60,475 bases of DNA from a virus (taxonomy: Duplodnaviria; Caudoviricetes): IMG/VR virus record IMGVR_UViG_3300025114_000001, positions 1 to 60,475 of that record, one strand, 5' to 3'. Below the pieces are notes generated by a model that saw only the letters and a list, made by a program, of their open reading frames with translations, had not been told where the DNA came from and ran no database searches. Of this stretch, positions 27,904 through 36,670 are shown one piece after another (positions within the stretch are counted from its first letter, which is position 1; the number at the start of each line of letters is the position of its first letter). The position numbers and the translations under genes are program-made.

Positions 27904-28720
27904 AAGTCGAATCCTGGCTGGCATAATACCCATCACAGGTCGAGAAAATACTCTTGGCCTTCCATGGGATGACTGCTTGCAGCCGCTCTCTTATGAAGTT
28001 ACAGCATTAGAGCGTTCAGTATACGAGTGTGCTGTTATGAATTGTGATTCCATCTGGATTATATGCAATGATGATACAGCCCCACTGATAAAGAAAAGAA
28101 TAGGAGATTATGTCTTAAACCCAAACATATATGATGATTGGAGATTTAAGAAATATCCGAAAGCACAAAAGAAATATATTCCAGTTTTTTATACGCCGGT
28201 ATTGCAGAAGGATCGAAACAGGAAGGATACCTTGGGCTGGTCGATTATCCATGGTGCACTGACTGCTTTTATTGTATCAAAGAAGATATCCAAATGGGTC
28301 GCTCCAACAAATTACTATGTTTCTTTTCCATACGGCATATATGATGTCAGGGCTCTTAAGAGCGCCAGAGCAGATATAAGATCAGGGAAAAGCTATTACG
28401 GCTCGTATCAAGGGAAGACAGTGAGAGATAATCTGTATTTGCCATTTAGCTTTACCCCAGAAGACTGGTTAGAGCTTCGCAGAGGAGTCAATGAAAAGAA
28501 TACAGGAGGGAGTAGAGATCTCTCTATAGAAGAACGCTGGTCTGCAAAGAATTTTACACTTGACAAAATCTTTAATAATGATAGAATAGATATAGATAAG
28601 AAAATAGAGATAGAAGAATATTACACACTTGATTCCTGGGCAGAGTTAAGAGAATATTATAAATCAGATTTAATAATTAAGAAAATGCCAAAGTCTATGG
28701 CAAAACCATTCACCTTATAG
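27887..28720 (+). CDS. Nucleotidyltransferase-like (GT-A fold) protein
   Basis: LAGIIPITG...CLQPL...LERSVYEC...IWII resembles the N-terminus of sugar-phosphate nucleotidyltransferases. Confidence 0.5.
   Translation: MQPAPKSRILAGIIPITGRENTLGLPWDDCLQPLSYEVTALERSVYECAVMNCDSIWIICNDDTAPLIKKRIGDYVLNPNIYDDWRFKKYPKAQKKYIPVFYTPVLQKDRNRKDTLGWSIIHGALTAFIVSKKISKWVAPTNYYVSFPYGIYDVRALKSARADIRSGKSYYGSYQGKTVRDNLYLPFSFTPEDWLELRRGVNEKNTGGSRDLSIEERWSAKNFTLDKIFNNDRIDIDKKIEIEEYYTLDSWAELREYYKSDLIIKKMPKSMAKPFTL
28560..28587 (+). promoter_or_regulatory. Internal sigma70-type promoter
   Basis: TTGACA-16bp-TAGAAT with extended TG, inside the upstream CDS. Confidence 0.55.
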
Positions 28721-28732
28721 GAATACAATACA

Positions 28733-28945
28733 ATGAAAGAAAATAAAAGTTTATCAATCGAAGAACGCTATAACGATTTGTCAGATTTGACAAAGGAAGA
28801 TATCGGCTTCCCTTCCACATATTTATGCTTGACAAATGCTCAAGAGTCGTTTATACTGGATATATTAAGTGGTCATGAGAAAGCCATCAAAGAAGAATTA
28901 TCCTCACTTTTAGGGGAAATGAAAGAATTAGTAGATGACATCTAG
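28733..28945 (+). CDS. Hypothetical protein
   Basis: 70-aa ORF with RBS; overlaps the dnaE start. Confidence 0.55.
   Translation: MKENKSLSIEERYNDLSDLTKEDIGFPSTYLCLTNAQESFILDILSGHEKAIKEELSSLLGEMKELVDDI
28829..28857 (+). promoter_or_regulatory. Sigma70-type promoter for dnaE
   Basis: TTGACA-17bp-TATACT. Confidence 0.7.
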
Positions 28946-31900
28946 AACAAAATCAAACATCCCATTCGTGGGACTTCACGCGCACTCTGTCGCAGGCTCG
29001 CCATTCGACGCGCTAGGGTACCCAGCAGAGCATATGGACTTTGCCTACAAAAATGGTATGAATGCTCTGGCTTTGACTGACCATGGTAATGCCAACGGCC
29101 TTGCTGGCCAAGTGCTTCACGCCAAGAAAATGTTAAAGGATGGCAAAGACTTCAAGCCAATCTTCGGTGTCGAAGCTTACTTCATTCCTTCCGTCGCGAA
29201 ATGGAAGGAAGAATATGAAAATATCAAAGCTGCAGCCAAAAATAAATCAGAATATGAAGCTGGCAAATCTGGTACCACAATCGAGAACGAGGCCTCAAAA
29301 AAGAAGATGAAGTCTGTGCTGAACCGAAGACGACATATGATTCTTCTTGCGCAGAACCAAGAAGGCCTCCAAAACATATTTAAAATGATCTCTTCTTCTT
29401 ATGCGGGCAACAACTTTTACCGGTTTCCCCGTGTGGACTATGCGCTCCTTAGAAAATATAATAAGGGTGTCATTGCAGCTAGTGCTTGCCTAGGTGGCGT
29501 GTATGCTGGAAACTACTGGGAAAATAGGGATGAAGGAGCTGACGCCATTCTCGATGCAATGAGAGAAACAACCCAGAAGATGCAATCCATCTTTGGCGAC
29601 CGTTGGTACGGAGAACTGCAATGGAACAGCATCCCTGAGCAGCACGAGTTAAACCAATATATAATTCAGATGCATCATGAGTTTGGCATTGAGTTAATTT
29701 CAACGGCCGATTCACATTATTATGATCCGGATGCCTGGAAGGACCGCGAGCTGTATAAGCGGCTCGGTTGGCTTGGAAGGGGCAAACCAGATTATTTATC
29801 TGACGAACTGCCAAATTCTGTTGAAGAAATCGGATATGAGTTATACCCAAAGAATGGTGACCAAATGTGGGAATCCTACCAGAGGTATGCCAAAGGGGCC
29901 AAGGCTGAATACAATGATAAAATAGTGCGTGACTCGATTGAGAGAACGTATAACATCGCTCATGAGCGCATCGAAACCTTTCTACCAGACAACAAGGTAA
30001 GGCTTCCCAGCTTCGTCGTGCCAGAAGGCTCTACAGCAGGCCAAACCTTGGCTGCGCTCTGCGTAGAGGGCGCACGAACCCTAGGGCTAGGGGAGAACAA
30101 AGAATACACGGAGAGGCTTGAATACGAGGTCGCAATCATTGAATCCCGCGGCTTCTCAAAATACTTTCTGACGATGAAAGCAATTGCGGATATTGCTGTA
30201 GGGCGACAACTTGTCGGTCCAGGTAGAGGCAGCGCTGCTGGCTCCTTGGTTTCTTATATCTTAGGAATCACACAAGTCGACCCGATTAAATATGGCCTAC
30301 AGTTTGAACGCTTCCTGACAAAGGGAGGCACAGGCTATCCGGACATTGATTATGATGTCTCTGAGCCTATGCTTCTCAAAGAGTATTTAATTGAAGAGTG
30401 GGGTGATGATACTGTTGTCCCAATCACAAACTGGAATACGCTGCAACTTAGATCTCTGATAAAAGACATATCAAAGTTTTATGGAATTGAATTTACAGAG
30501 GTGAATAATGTAACCAGCAAGATGGTTTATGAGGCCACCCCGTTAGCGAAGAAAGCACATGGCATTACAGCAGGAGTATATGCCCCGACCTTTGAAGAGC
30601 TGATGCTATATTCAGAGACACTTCAGGCCTTCCTGAAGAAATACCCACACATCAAAACCCATGTAGAGAAGTTATACGGGCAGACTAGATCAGCCAGCCG
30701 ACATGCTGGTGGAGTTGTGGTGGGAGAACGATTAAACGAATGGATGCCACTTATTAATAGTGGAGGCGTCCGCCAAACACCTTGGAGTGAGGGACAAAAT
30801 GTTAGACATCTGGAACCAATGGGCTTTATTAAGTTTGATATACTGGGACTGGCTTCTTTGCGAATGGTTGAGGGTGCTATAGAGCGCATACTTCAAAGGC
30901 ATCATGATGTCGAAAATCCAACGTTTGAGCAAGTGAGAGCTTTTTATGATGAACACTTGCACCCAGACAAGATTGATTTAAGTGATAGTGAAGTCTGGAA
31001 GAATGTTTTCCACAAAGGAAAGTGGGCTGGTATTTTCCAGTTTACTGAAACAGGCGCACAATCATTCTGTAAGAACGCCAAGCCAGATAATATTACTGAC
31101 TTGGCAGCTATCACTAGCATATACCGACCAGGACCTCTATCGGCCGGCGCGGATAAGATGTTCATCGGCGCCAAACGTTCACCCGAAGATGTAGAATATT
31201 TGAATGATACAGTGAAAAGAGAGACAGAGGAAACTTATGGTTTCTTAATCTTCCAAGAGCAGATAGCAATGCTTGCGCATAAGTTGGGTAAAGATCTATC
31301 CCTAGATGAAGGAAATAAACTTCGTAAACTTTTAACGAAAAAGGGCACTGGCTCGGTTCAAGAGCAGAAGGATAAAATCTTTGATAAGTTTCACAAGGGT
31401 TGTCTTGAAAAAGGTATCGCATCTCATGACGCAAGAGAGCTATGGAACAAATTTGAGTATTTCTCAGGCTATGGTTTTAATAAGTCCCATGCAGTTTCAT
31501 ACTGTATACTCTCTTTCCAATGTGCCTGGCTTTTAAATTATTACCCGACTGAGTGGCTTGCAGCCTTTTTAGATAAGGAGCCCGAGACAAGAAAAGAAAG
31601 GGCAATCTCAACTGCAAAGTCTTTTGGCTATAATGTTGAAGCACTAAATGTTAACACTTCTGGTGTGACTTGGGAGATAAAAGATGACGGTAGGACACTT
31701 GTCCAGCCACTGACTTCAATTAAAGGTTTAGGTAGTGTGGCCATTCAGCAGATTATTAAACATAGACCATTCAATACTATCGAAGAGTTCTTGTTTCATG
31801 ATGAAGTAAAATACTCTAAACTGAATAAGAAAGCACTTGATGCTCTATGCCGGGCCCAAGCCCTCAATGATTTGGTCGACGACCGTTTCACCGGTCTGAA

Positions 31901-32366
31901 GCATTTTTGGCAGGCGGCCGTTACTGATCGGCCAAGAAAGTTAAAGAATCTGGAAGAAAATATTGTAACGTATGCTGCAGAAGGGGACTTCACAGAAGAG
32001 GAGAAATTGGAATATTTAGTTAACCTCACTGGAGTGTTCCCGATAAACTCAGTTATTACTGATGTAGTGAGGAACAAACTTGACGAGCTTTATATCCCTC
32101 CAATTTCTGAGTATGATGCAGAGTTAGGTGTGACTTGGTTTATTCCAAGAGAATGCAAACTAAAGAAATCAAAAAATGGTAAGAATTTCTATGTCGTCAA
32201 AGTTATTGACGACAACAACGAAACCAATACAATCAGATGTTGGGCAGTAGATCCGAAGAGGGATGTTGTCCACATCAATCGTCCATATATGGCAAGACTT
32301 AACTATGACCCAAACTGGGGGTTCTCAACCTTCAGCGTAAGAAGAATGTTTAAACTATTAGCATAA
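28935..32366 (+). CDS. dnaE: DNA polymerase III alpha subunit (family C)
   Basis: PHP domain (LHAHS, ALTDHG, GVEAY, DSHY), GPGRGSAAGSLV, FERFL, PDIDYD, HAGGVV, KFDILGL and YGFNKSHAV. Confidence 0.97.
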   Translation: MTSRTKSNIPFVGLHAHSVAGSPFDALGYPAEHMDFAYKNGMNALALTDHGNANGLAGQVLHAKKMLKDGKDFKPIFGVEAYFIPSVAKWKEEYENIKAAAKNKSEYEAGKSGTTIENEASKKKMKSVLNRRRHMILLAQNQEGLQNIFKMISSSYAGNNFYRFPRVDYALLRKYNKGVIAASACLGGVYAGNYWENRDEGADAILDAMRETTQKMQSIFGDRWYGELQWNSIPEQHELNQYIIQMHHEFGIELISTADSHYYDPDAWKDRELYKRLGWLGRGKPDYLSDELPNSVEEIGYELYPKNGDQMWESYQRYAKGAKAEYNDKIVRDSIERTYNIAHERIETFLPDNKVRLPSFVVPEGSTAGQTLAALCVEGARTLGLGENKEYTERLEYEVAIIESRGFSKYFLTMKAIADIAVGRQLVGPGRGSAAGSLVSYILGITQVDPIKYGLQFERFLTKGGTGYPDIDYDVSEPMLLKEYLIEEWGDDTVVPITNWNTLQLRSLIKDISKFYGIEFTEVNNVTSKMVYEATPLAKKAHGITAGVYAPTFEELMLYSETLQAFLKKYPHIKTHVEKLYGQTRSASRHAGGVVVGERLNEWMPLINSGGVRQTPWSEGQNVRHLEPMGFIKFDILGLASLRMVEGAIERILQRHHDVENPTFEQVRAFYDEHLHPDKIDLSDSEVWKNVFHKGKWAGIFQFTETGAQSFCKNAKPDNITDLAAITSIYRPGPLSAGADKMFIGAKRSPEDVEYLNDTVKRETEETYGFLIFQEQIAMLAHKLGKDLSLDEGNKLRKLLTKKGTGSVQEQKDKIFDKFHKGCLEKGIASHDARELWNKFEYFSGYGFNKSHAVSYCILSFQCAWLLNYYPTEWLAAFLDKEPETRKERAISTAKSFGYNVEALNVNTSGVTWEIKDDGRTLVQPLTSIKGLGSVAIQQIIKHRPFNTIEEFLFHDEVKYSKLNKKALDALCRAQALNDLVDDRFTGLKHFWQAAVTDRPRKLKNLEENIVTYAAEGDFTEEEKLEYLVNLTGVFPINSVITDVVRNKLDELYIPPISEYDAELGVTWFIPRECKLKKSKNGKNFYVVKVIDDNNETNTIRCWAVDPKRDVVHINRPYMARLNYDPNWGFSTFSVRRMFKLLA

Positions 32367-32376
32367 GGAATAAAAT

Positions 32377-32697
32377 ATGACAGATTTACCAAAGTTAGTG
32401 AGAGACAACATCCCCGGTATTATAATGGCCACAGGCCGTCGTTGTCGGTCTCATATTGCAGCTGCTCCGGAATTTGAGCAAAGGCTAAAAGAGAAGATGT
32501 ATGAAGAGACCGAAGAGCTATATGAATCTCCATCGCTTTCAGAAGCCGCAGATGTTTATGAAGTGTTTTTGGCGATGTTAAAACAATTTAAACTGAAACT
32601 TTCAGATGTTATAACGATATCTGAGCAAAAGAATTCAATAAATGGGGGCTTTTTTCAAGGGGTCATCCTTGACGAGGTTATAGAGAAAAGTGATTAA
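32377..32697 (+). CDS. MazG-like / PRA-PH NTP pyrophosphohydrolase
   Basis: KLVRDNIP...EETEEL...EAADVYEV...GGF. Confidence 0.8.
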   Translation: MTDLPKLVRDNIPGIIMATGRRCRSHIAAAPEFEQRLKEKMYEETEELYESPSLSEAADVYEVFLAMLKQFKLKLSDVITISEQKNSINGGFFQGVILDEVIEKSD

Positions 32698-32721
32698 ACT
32701 ATTAACACAAGGACTAGAATA

Positions 32722-33177
32722 ATGTTAGAAGAAAAAGTAAAAGTATATAAAATAAGAAAGAATGCCAAGCTGCCAGACAGGGCACATGCGACGGATGCAG
32801 GAATGGATTTGTTCTTCGCTCCGGAGAATGGGGAAAATGTGGTGGTTCAGCCCGGACAGTCCCTCATCCTAGGCACTGGCCTTAAGATTGCTGTGCCAAT
32901 TGGGCACATGCTGCAGATTATGAACAAGTCCGGAGTCGCAACAAAGAGACAGCTCGTCACAGGAGCATGTGTGGTTGATAGGGGTTACAACGGAGAGATC
33001 TTCATAAACCTTCAGAATATTGGCCGACACCCGCAAACAATCCTACCAGGCACCAAATTAGCACAGGGAGTGTTTATTCCCGTCTCTATGCCGATTATGG
33101 TTGAAACTGCGGAGGATAAAGTGTATAGTAGTGTTACAGAGAGAGGCTCAGGTGCGCTTGGATCAACAGGAGAATAA
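32722..33177 (+). CDS. dut: Trimeric dUTPase
   Basis: DAGMDL, KSG, VVDRGYNGE, KLAQ and RGSGALGSTG. Confidence 0.93.
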   Translation: MLEEKVKVYKIRKNAKLPDRAHATDAGMDLFFAPENGENVVVQPGQSLILGTGLKIAVPIGHMLQIMNKSGVATKRQLVTGACVVDRGYNGEIFINLQNIGRHPQTILPGTKLAQGVFIPVSMPIMVETAEDKVYSSVTERGSGALGSTGE

Positions 33178-33179
33178 TA

Positions 33180-33416
33180 ATGGGATTAGCTAGAAAAATC
33201 AAAAGAAAACAGCAAGGTATTTTTATGAAAGAATTCAAGAAGAAAATGAAACATTTCAAGAAAATGGTAAAGTGCTCCAACTGTGGAAAAGTGCCTACTG
33301 AAGATGAAAACATTGACGATTGGAAAATCAACAAGAGTAGTGAAAACCTTGATTTGCTGTGTTTGGATTGTTTCCATCCCGCTGACGAGAAAATAGAGAT
33401 ACAAAATGAAGATTAA
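33180..33416 (+). CDS. Small zinc-finger protein
   Basis: CSNC...CLDC with a basic N-terminus. Confidence 0.6.
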   Translation: MGLARKIKRKQQGIFMKEFKKKMKHFKKMVKCSNCGKVPTEDENIDDWKINKSSENLDLLCLDCFHPADEKIEIQNED

Positions 33417-34440
33417 ACCATCTCACTCTTTCGATGATGTTCTTCTTGTTCCATCAAAAAGTTCAATCGAATCCAGACAAGAGATTGATCTTACAACTTC
33501 TTTAGGAGATTCTAGTTTCCGGCTGCCGATTATTTCCAGTCCCATGGATACCGTTACTGAGCTTGAGATGATGCTAACTCTTTTGCGCCATGGCGGCCTA
33601 GGTGTAATTCATCGCTACAACAGCATTTCTCAGCAGGCCAATATGTGTGCTATAGCCCGGGACAGACTGGAAGAGTCGAGCGACAACGCAACTAATATTG
33701 CTGCGGCCCTGGGAGTTTCATCGGATATACAGGACCGGTCCACATCTTTGTATGACGCTGGAGCGCGCATATTTTGTATCGACATCGCCCATGGACATCA
33801 TATATATATGGAACGGGCCCTCAAAACTCTACGTGATATCTTTGGTAAAAGCATAACCATAATAGCTGGCAACATAGCTACTCCAGACGCATATCGCGAT
33901 TTATCAGATTGGGGAGCTGATGCAGTACGCATCGGCATCGGAGGCGGCTCCATCTGTTCCACTAGGATTCAGACTGGCCATGGCATGCCTACTTTCCAAT
34001 CAGTCTTAGACTGCAGCTTTATGCCCGGCGCCTCAATAATCGCAGACGGTGGTATAAAAAACTCTGGAGACATTGTTAAAGCACTTGCTGCCGGCGCAGA
34101 TATGGTTATGCTAGGTTCTCTTTTGGCAGGGACAGATGAAAGCCCTGGAGAGGTCTTCTCCACCGCCACCGGAAGTAAATATAAGGTTTATCGTGGCATG
34201 GCATCAGTCGAAGCTCAGGTTGATTGGCGCGGCCATGCAAGGTCACTGGAGGGTGTTTCCACGACGATCCCATATAAGGGTAGCGTGAAAAATATCCTAA
34301 ATAATTTAGAGCAGAACATTAAGTCTGGTTTATCTTATACCGGTGCTAGAACGATTGCGGAGTTTCAAGCAAAGGCGCGCTTTATACAACAGACACATGC
34401 AGGTCAGCTAGAGAGTAGCACTCATATCCTAAGAAAATGA
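33406..34440 (+). CDS. guaB: IMP dehydrogenase / GMP reductase family protein (no CBS domains)
   Basis: [35 protein letters not shown] (catalytic Cys), [14 protein letters not shown] and YRGMAS. Confidence 0.9.
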   Translation: MKIKPSHSFDDVLLVPSKSSIESRQEIDLTTSLGDSSFRLPIISSPMDTVTELEMMLTLLRHGGLGVIHRYNSISQQANMCAIARDRLEESSDNATNIAAALGVSSDIQDRSTSLYDAGARIFCIDIAHGHHIYMERALKTLRDIFGKSITIIAGNIATPDAYRDLSDWGADAVRIGIGGGSICSTRIQTGHGMPTFQSVLDCSFMPGASIIADGGIKNSGDIVKALAAGADMVMLGSLLAGTDESPGEVFSTATGSKYKVYRGMASVEAQVDWRGHARSLEGVSTTIPYKGSVKNILNNLEQNIKSGLSYTGARTIAEFQAKARFIQQTHAGQLESSTHILRK

Positions 34441-34748
34441 CCACAAAGAAAGTATTTTTTGAGGAAGATGATAATCAGCATGCCAGAATGCTGATCCGAC
34501 TCCGATATGATAGGTTGACACAGGGCAAATTTTTCCGAGGCCTTGTGGAGATGTATGTGAAAAATGATTTAGATATGATAAAAGTGATTGAAAAAATTAA
34601 AATAGAAAAAAGCACAATGGGTCGCCTCAAGCGCGAAAAATCTGTGAAAGAAATAGAAAAAGGAGAGAATATGATGCAAGACCTAGGTCTATCAAAAAAC
34701 GAAAAGAATTTTATATATGATTTAATAGAGGAAGATTTTGAAGAATAA
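34437..34748 (+). CDS. Hypothetical protein
   Basis: 103-aa ORF translationally coupled on both sides. Confidence 0.6.
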   Translation: MTTKKVFFEEDDNQHARMLIRLRYDRLTQGKFFRGLVEMYVKNDLDMIKVIEKIKIEKSTMGRLKREKSVKEIEKGENMMQDLGLSKNEKNFIYDLIEEDFEE

Positions 34749-34950
34749 AGAAAACAAAGAGTGCTCAGAAGAAAATTGCAGATGCTGGATTGACTACCCA
34801 GAAGACGATAATTGCATATACGAGGCAATACGAAAACACGGAAATATGACTTTGGATGAAACGTCTAAGAGGTTAGGTATATCTTTGGTGAGGGTATCTC
34901 AGATTGAGAAGCAAGCTCTGAAGAAGCTTTCGAAGAGAATAAAAAAATGA
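34738..34950 (+). CDS. Stand-alone sigma70 region 4 HTH protein with Cys-rich N-terminus
   Basis: MTLDETSKRLGISLVRVSQIEKQALKKL matches the sigma region 4.2 consensus TLxEIGxxxxxSRERVRQIExxALxKL. Confidence 0.75.
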   Translation: MKNKENKECSEENCRCWIDYPEDDNCIYEAIRKHGNMTLDETSKRLGISLVRVSQIEKQALKKLSKRIKK

Positions 34951-34967
34951 GTTTGTTGCGTATGGAG

Positions 34968-34977
34968 ACTATTTATT
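34968..34977 (+). promoter_or_regulatory. Putative late promoter motif ACTATTTATT
   Basis: Same motif as before the sheath gene. Confidence 0.55.
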
Positions 34978-35021
34978 TATGTATTTTACACCATTTTTGT
35001 ATACAAAAGGAGATTTTTTAA

Positions 35022-35525
35022 ATGAGTGAGAAGAAACTACTTAACGAAAACACCATTCGTCGTTTTATGAAGCTAGCAAATGTGGGTCCATTGACCAACA
35101 ATTTCATTGCTGAGAATTATGAGGAAGAGGTTGTCGAAGAGGCAGCTGAGGAAGAAATGCCTGAGGACGAAGAGATGCCTGAGGACGAAGAGATACCTGA
35201 GGACGAAGAGATACCTGAGGACGAAGAGCTTGAGATGGAGCTTGGAGATGAAGATGGGGAGGTCATGGGCGAAGCCGATATCAGCCTTACAGAAGAAGAG
35301 GCCCAACTCCTTATCGATCTAGGCGATCGCCTTCGCGATGCCATGGGCCCAGAAGAGCCTGAGATGGAAGAGCCTGAGATGGAAGAGCCAGAGACGGAAG
35401 AGCCAGAGACGGAAGAGCCAATAGGAGCGGAAGAGCCAGAGCCAGAAGCTCCTGAGGACGACCTCATACAGGAAGTTCTTCGTAGAGTGACCAAACGTTT
35501 GATCCGCGAAAGAACACGCCGCTAA
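35022..35525 (+). CDS. Highly acidic protein, probable head/scaffold component
   Basis: LLNENTIRRFMKLA N-terminus, EEMPED and EEPEM repeats, late motif upstream. Confidence 0.6.
   Translation: MSEKKLLNENTIRRFMKLANVGPLTNNFIAENYEEEVVEEAAEEEMPEDEEMPEDEEIPEDEEIPEDEELEMELGDEDGEVMGEADISLTEEEAQLLIDLGDRLRDAMGPEEPEMEEPEMEEPETEEPETEEPIGAEEPEPEAPEDDLIQEVLRRVTKRLIRERTRR
35151..35222 (+). repeat. 18-bp tandem repeat x4 (GAAGARATRCCTGAGGAC)
   Basis: Read directly; encodes EE(M/I)PED. Confidence 0.9.
35352..35420 (+). repeat. 15-bp tandem repeat x4+ (GAAGAGCCWGAGAYG)
   Basis: Read directly; encodes EEPE(M/T). Confidence 0.9.
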
Positions 35526-35558
35526 TAATACAAAACCTTTACACTCATTTAGGTTTCC

Positions 35559-35600
35559 AAATATCCCTCAAATTTTTTAAAATCTTTGGGGGATTTTTAT
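35559..35600 (+). terminator. Possible terminator hairpin
   Basis: ATCCCTCAAA...TTTGGGGGAT followed by TTTT. Confidence 0.45.
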
Positions 35601-35661
35601 ATACATACCAAAACTTTTCTGATATAATAGTTATAACATACACGAGCCACAAAAGAGGAGA

Positions 35662-35928
35662 GTGCTTGTTATGGCCAAAAACGTAGAAGGAGTTTATTGG
35701 GAAACGGATCAAAACGAATACAACGTTCAGATACATCACAAGTATGATGAGACGGCCACCATCAGCAGAATTTTTCATGATTGGGAACTCACTGCAACAG
35801 GGGCTTACACAAAAGAAGACCAAAAGATTTCAATTTTTAGAAAAAAGTTCACCCATCGCATGGAACTTAAAATAGCAGTGCGAGATATAAAATATAAAAA
35901 TAACATTACCTTGAAAGAGATTAAATGA
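35662..35928 (+). CDS. Hypothetical protein
   Basis: 88-aa ORF with GAGGAG RBS. Confidence 0.6.
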   Translation: MLVMAKNVEGVYWETDQNEYNVQIHHKYDETATISRIFHDWELTATGAYTKEDQKISIFRKKFTHRMELKIAVRDIKYKNNITLKEIK

Positions 35929-36650
35929 CTACTGAAACAAAAAAGAATAAGAAAACCAAGAAAACCAAGAAGAATAAAAAGAAGGACGTCACAGCTGTAA
36001 GCCCTCCAATGCAGATGATGGAAACTCCAGATGGAAAGCAGATTGTTATAGTTAACAACCTGCAGCCACCAGTCGACCCTGTCCCTGAACTAAGGACAAT
36101 AAACCTATATGGTGACATTACAGAGCAGAGAGGCTCAGAAGTTGTCGCAGCGCTTTTGTATCTTGAAAATTCAGCCCTGACTCAGATGCTTAAAGACCCT
36201 TCTGACCCCATGTCAAAGATCGTCACCGTCGCCAAATCAATAAATATGTATGTCTCGACTCATGGAGGAATTGCAAGCGATATGTTTTCAATTCTGGATG
36301 TAATGGATATGGTTAAGAAAAAGACTTGTGATATTTATACCTATGGTGTTGGAAAAGTGATGTCAGCGGGCGTCCCCATTCTTGCCGCAGGAACTCCAGG
36401 CAAGCGAAAGGTAGGTCGTAACTGCCGAATCATGCTCCACAGCGTCCTTGCTGGTGCCGGCGGCACGATCTCTTCTATGGAAAACGAACTAGAAGAGATC
36501 AAGTGGGTCCAAGATAGCTACATAGAAACCCTTGCTGGCTATACAAAAATGACTAAGGCCAAAATTAAAAAGATGCTCAAAACTCAAAGAGATGTTTATA
36601 TCTCAGCCGAAGAGGCAATAAAATTGGGAATTGCAGACGAAATAATCTAA
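35925..36650 (+). CDS. clpP: ClpP-family protease
   Basis: INLYGDI, INMYVSTHGG, GKVMSAG (Ser), IMLH (His), RDVYISAEEAIKLGIADEI. Confidence 0.9.
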   Translation: MTTETKKNKKTKKTKKNKKKDVTAVSPPMQMMETPDGKQIVIVNNLQPPVDPVPELRTINLYGDITEQRGSEVVAALLYLENSALTQMLKDPSDPMSKIVTVAKSINMYVSTHGGIASDMFSILDVMDMVKKKTCDIYTYGVGKVMSAGVPILAAGTPGKRKVGRNCRIMLHSVLAGAGGTISSMENELEEIKWVQDSYIETLAGYTKMTKAKIKKMLKTQRDVYISAEEAIKLGIADEII

Positions 36651-36670
36651 TTATATAGAGGTATTATATT

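Noticed and set aside
17698-32366. Inteins or introns in the helicase, NrdJ or DnaE
   Set aside because: Lengths are normal and motifs contiguous; no C...HN splice motifs or homing endonuclease were seen.
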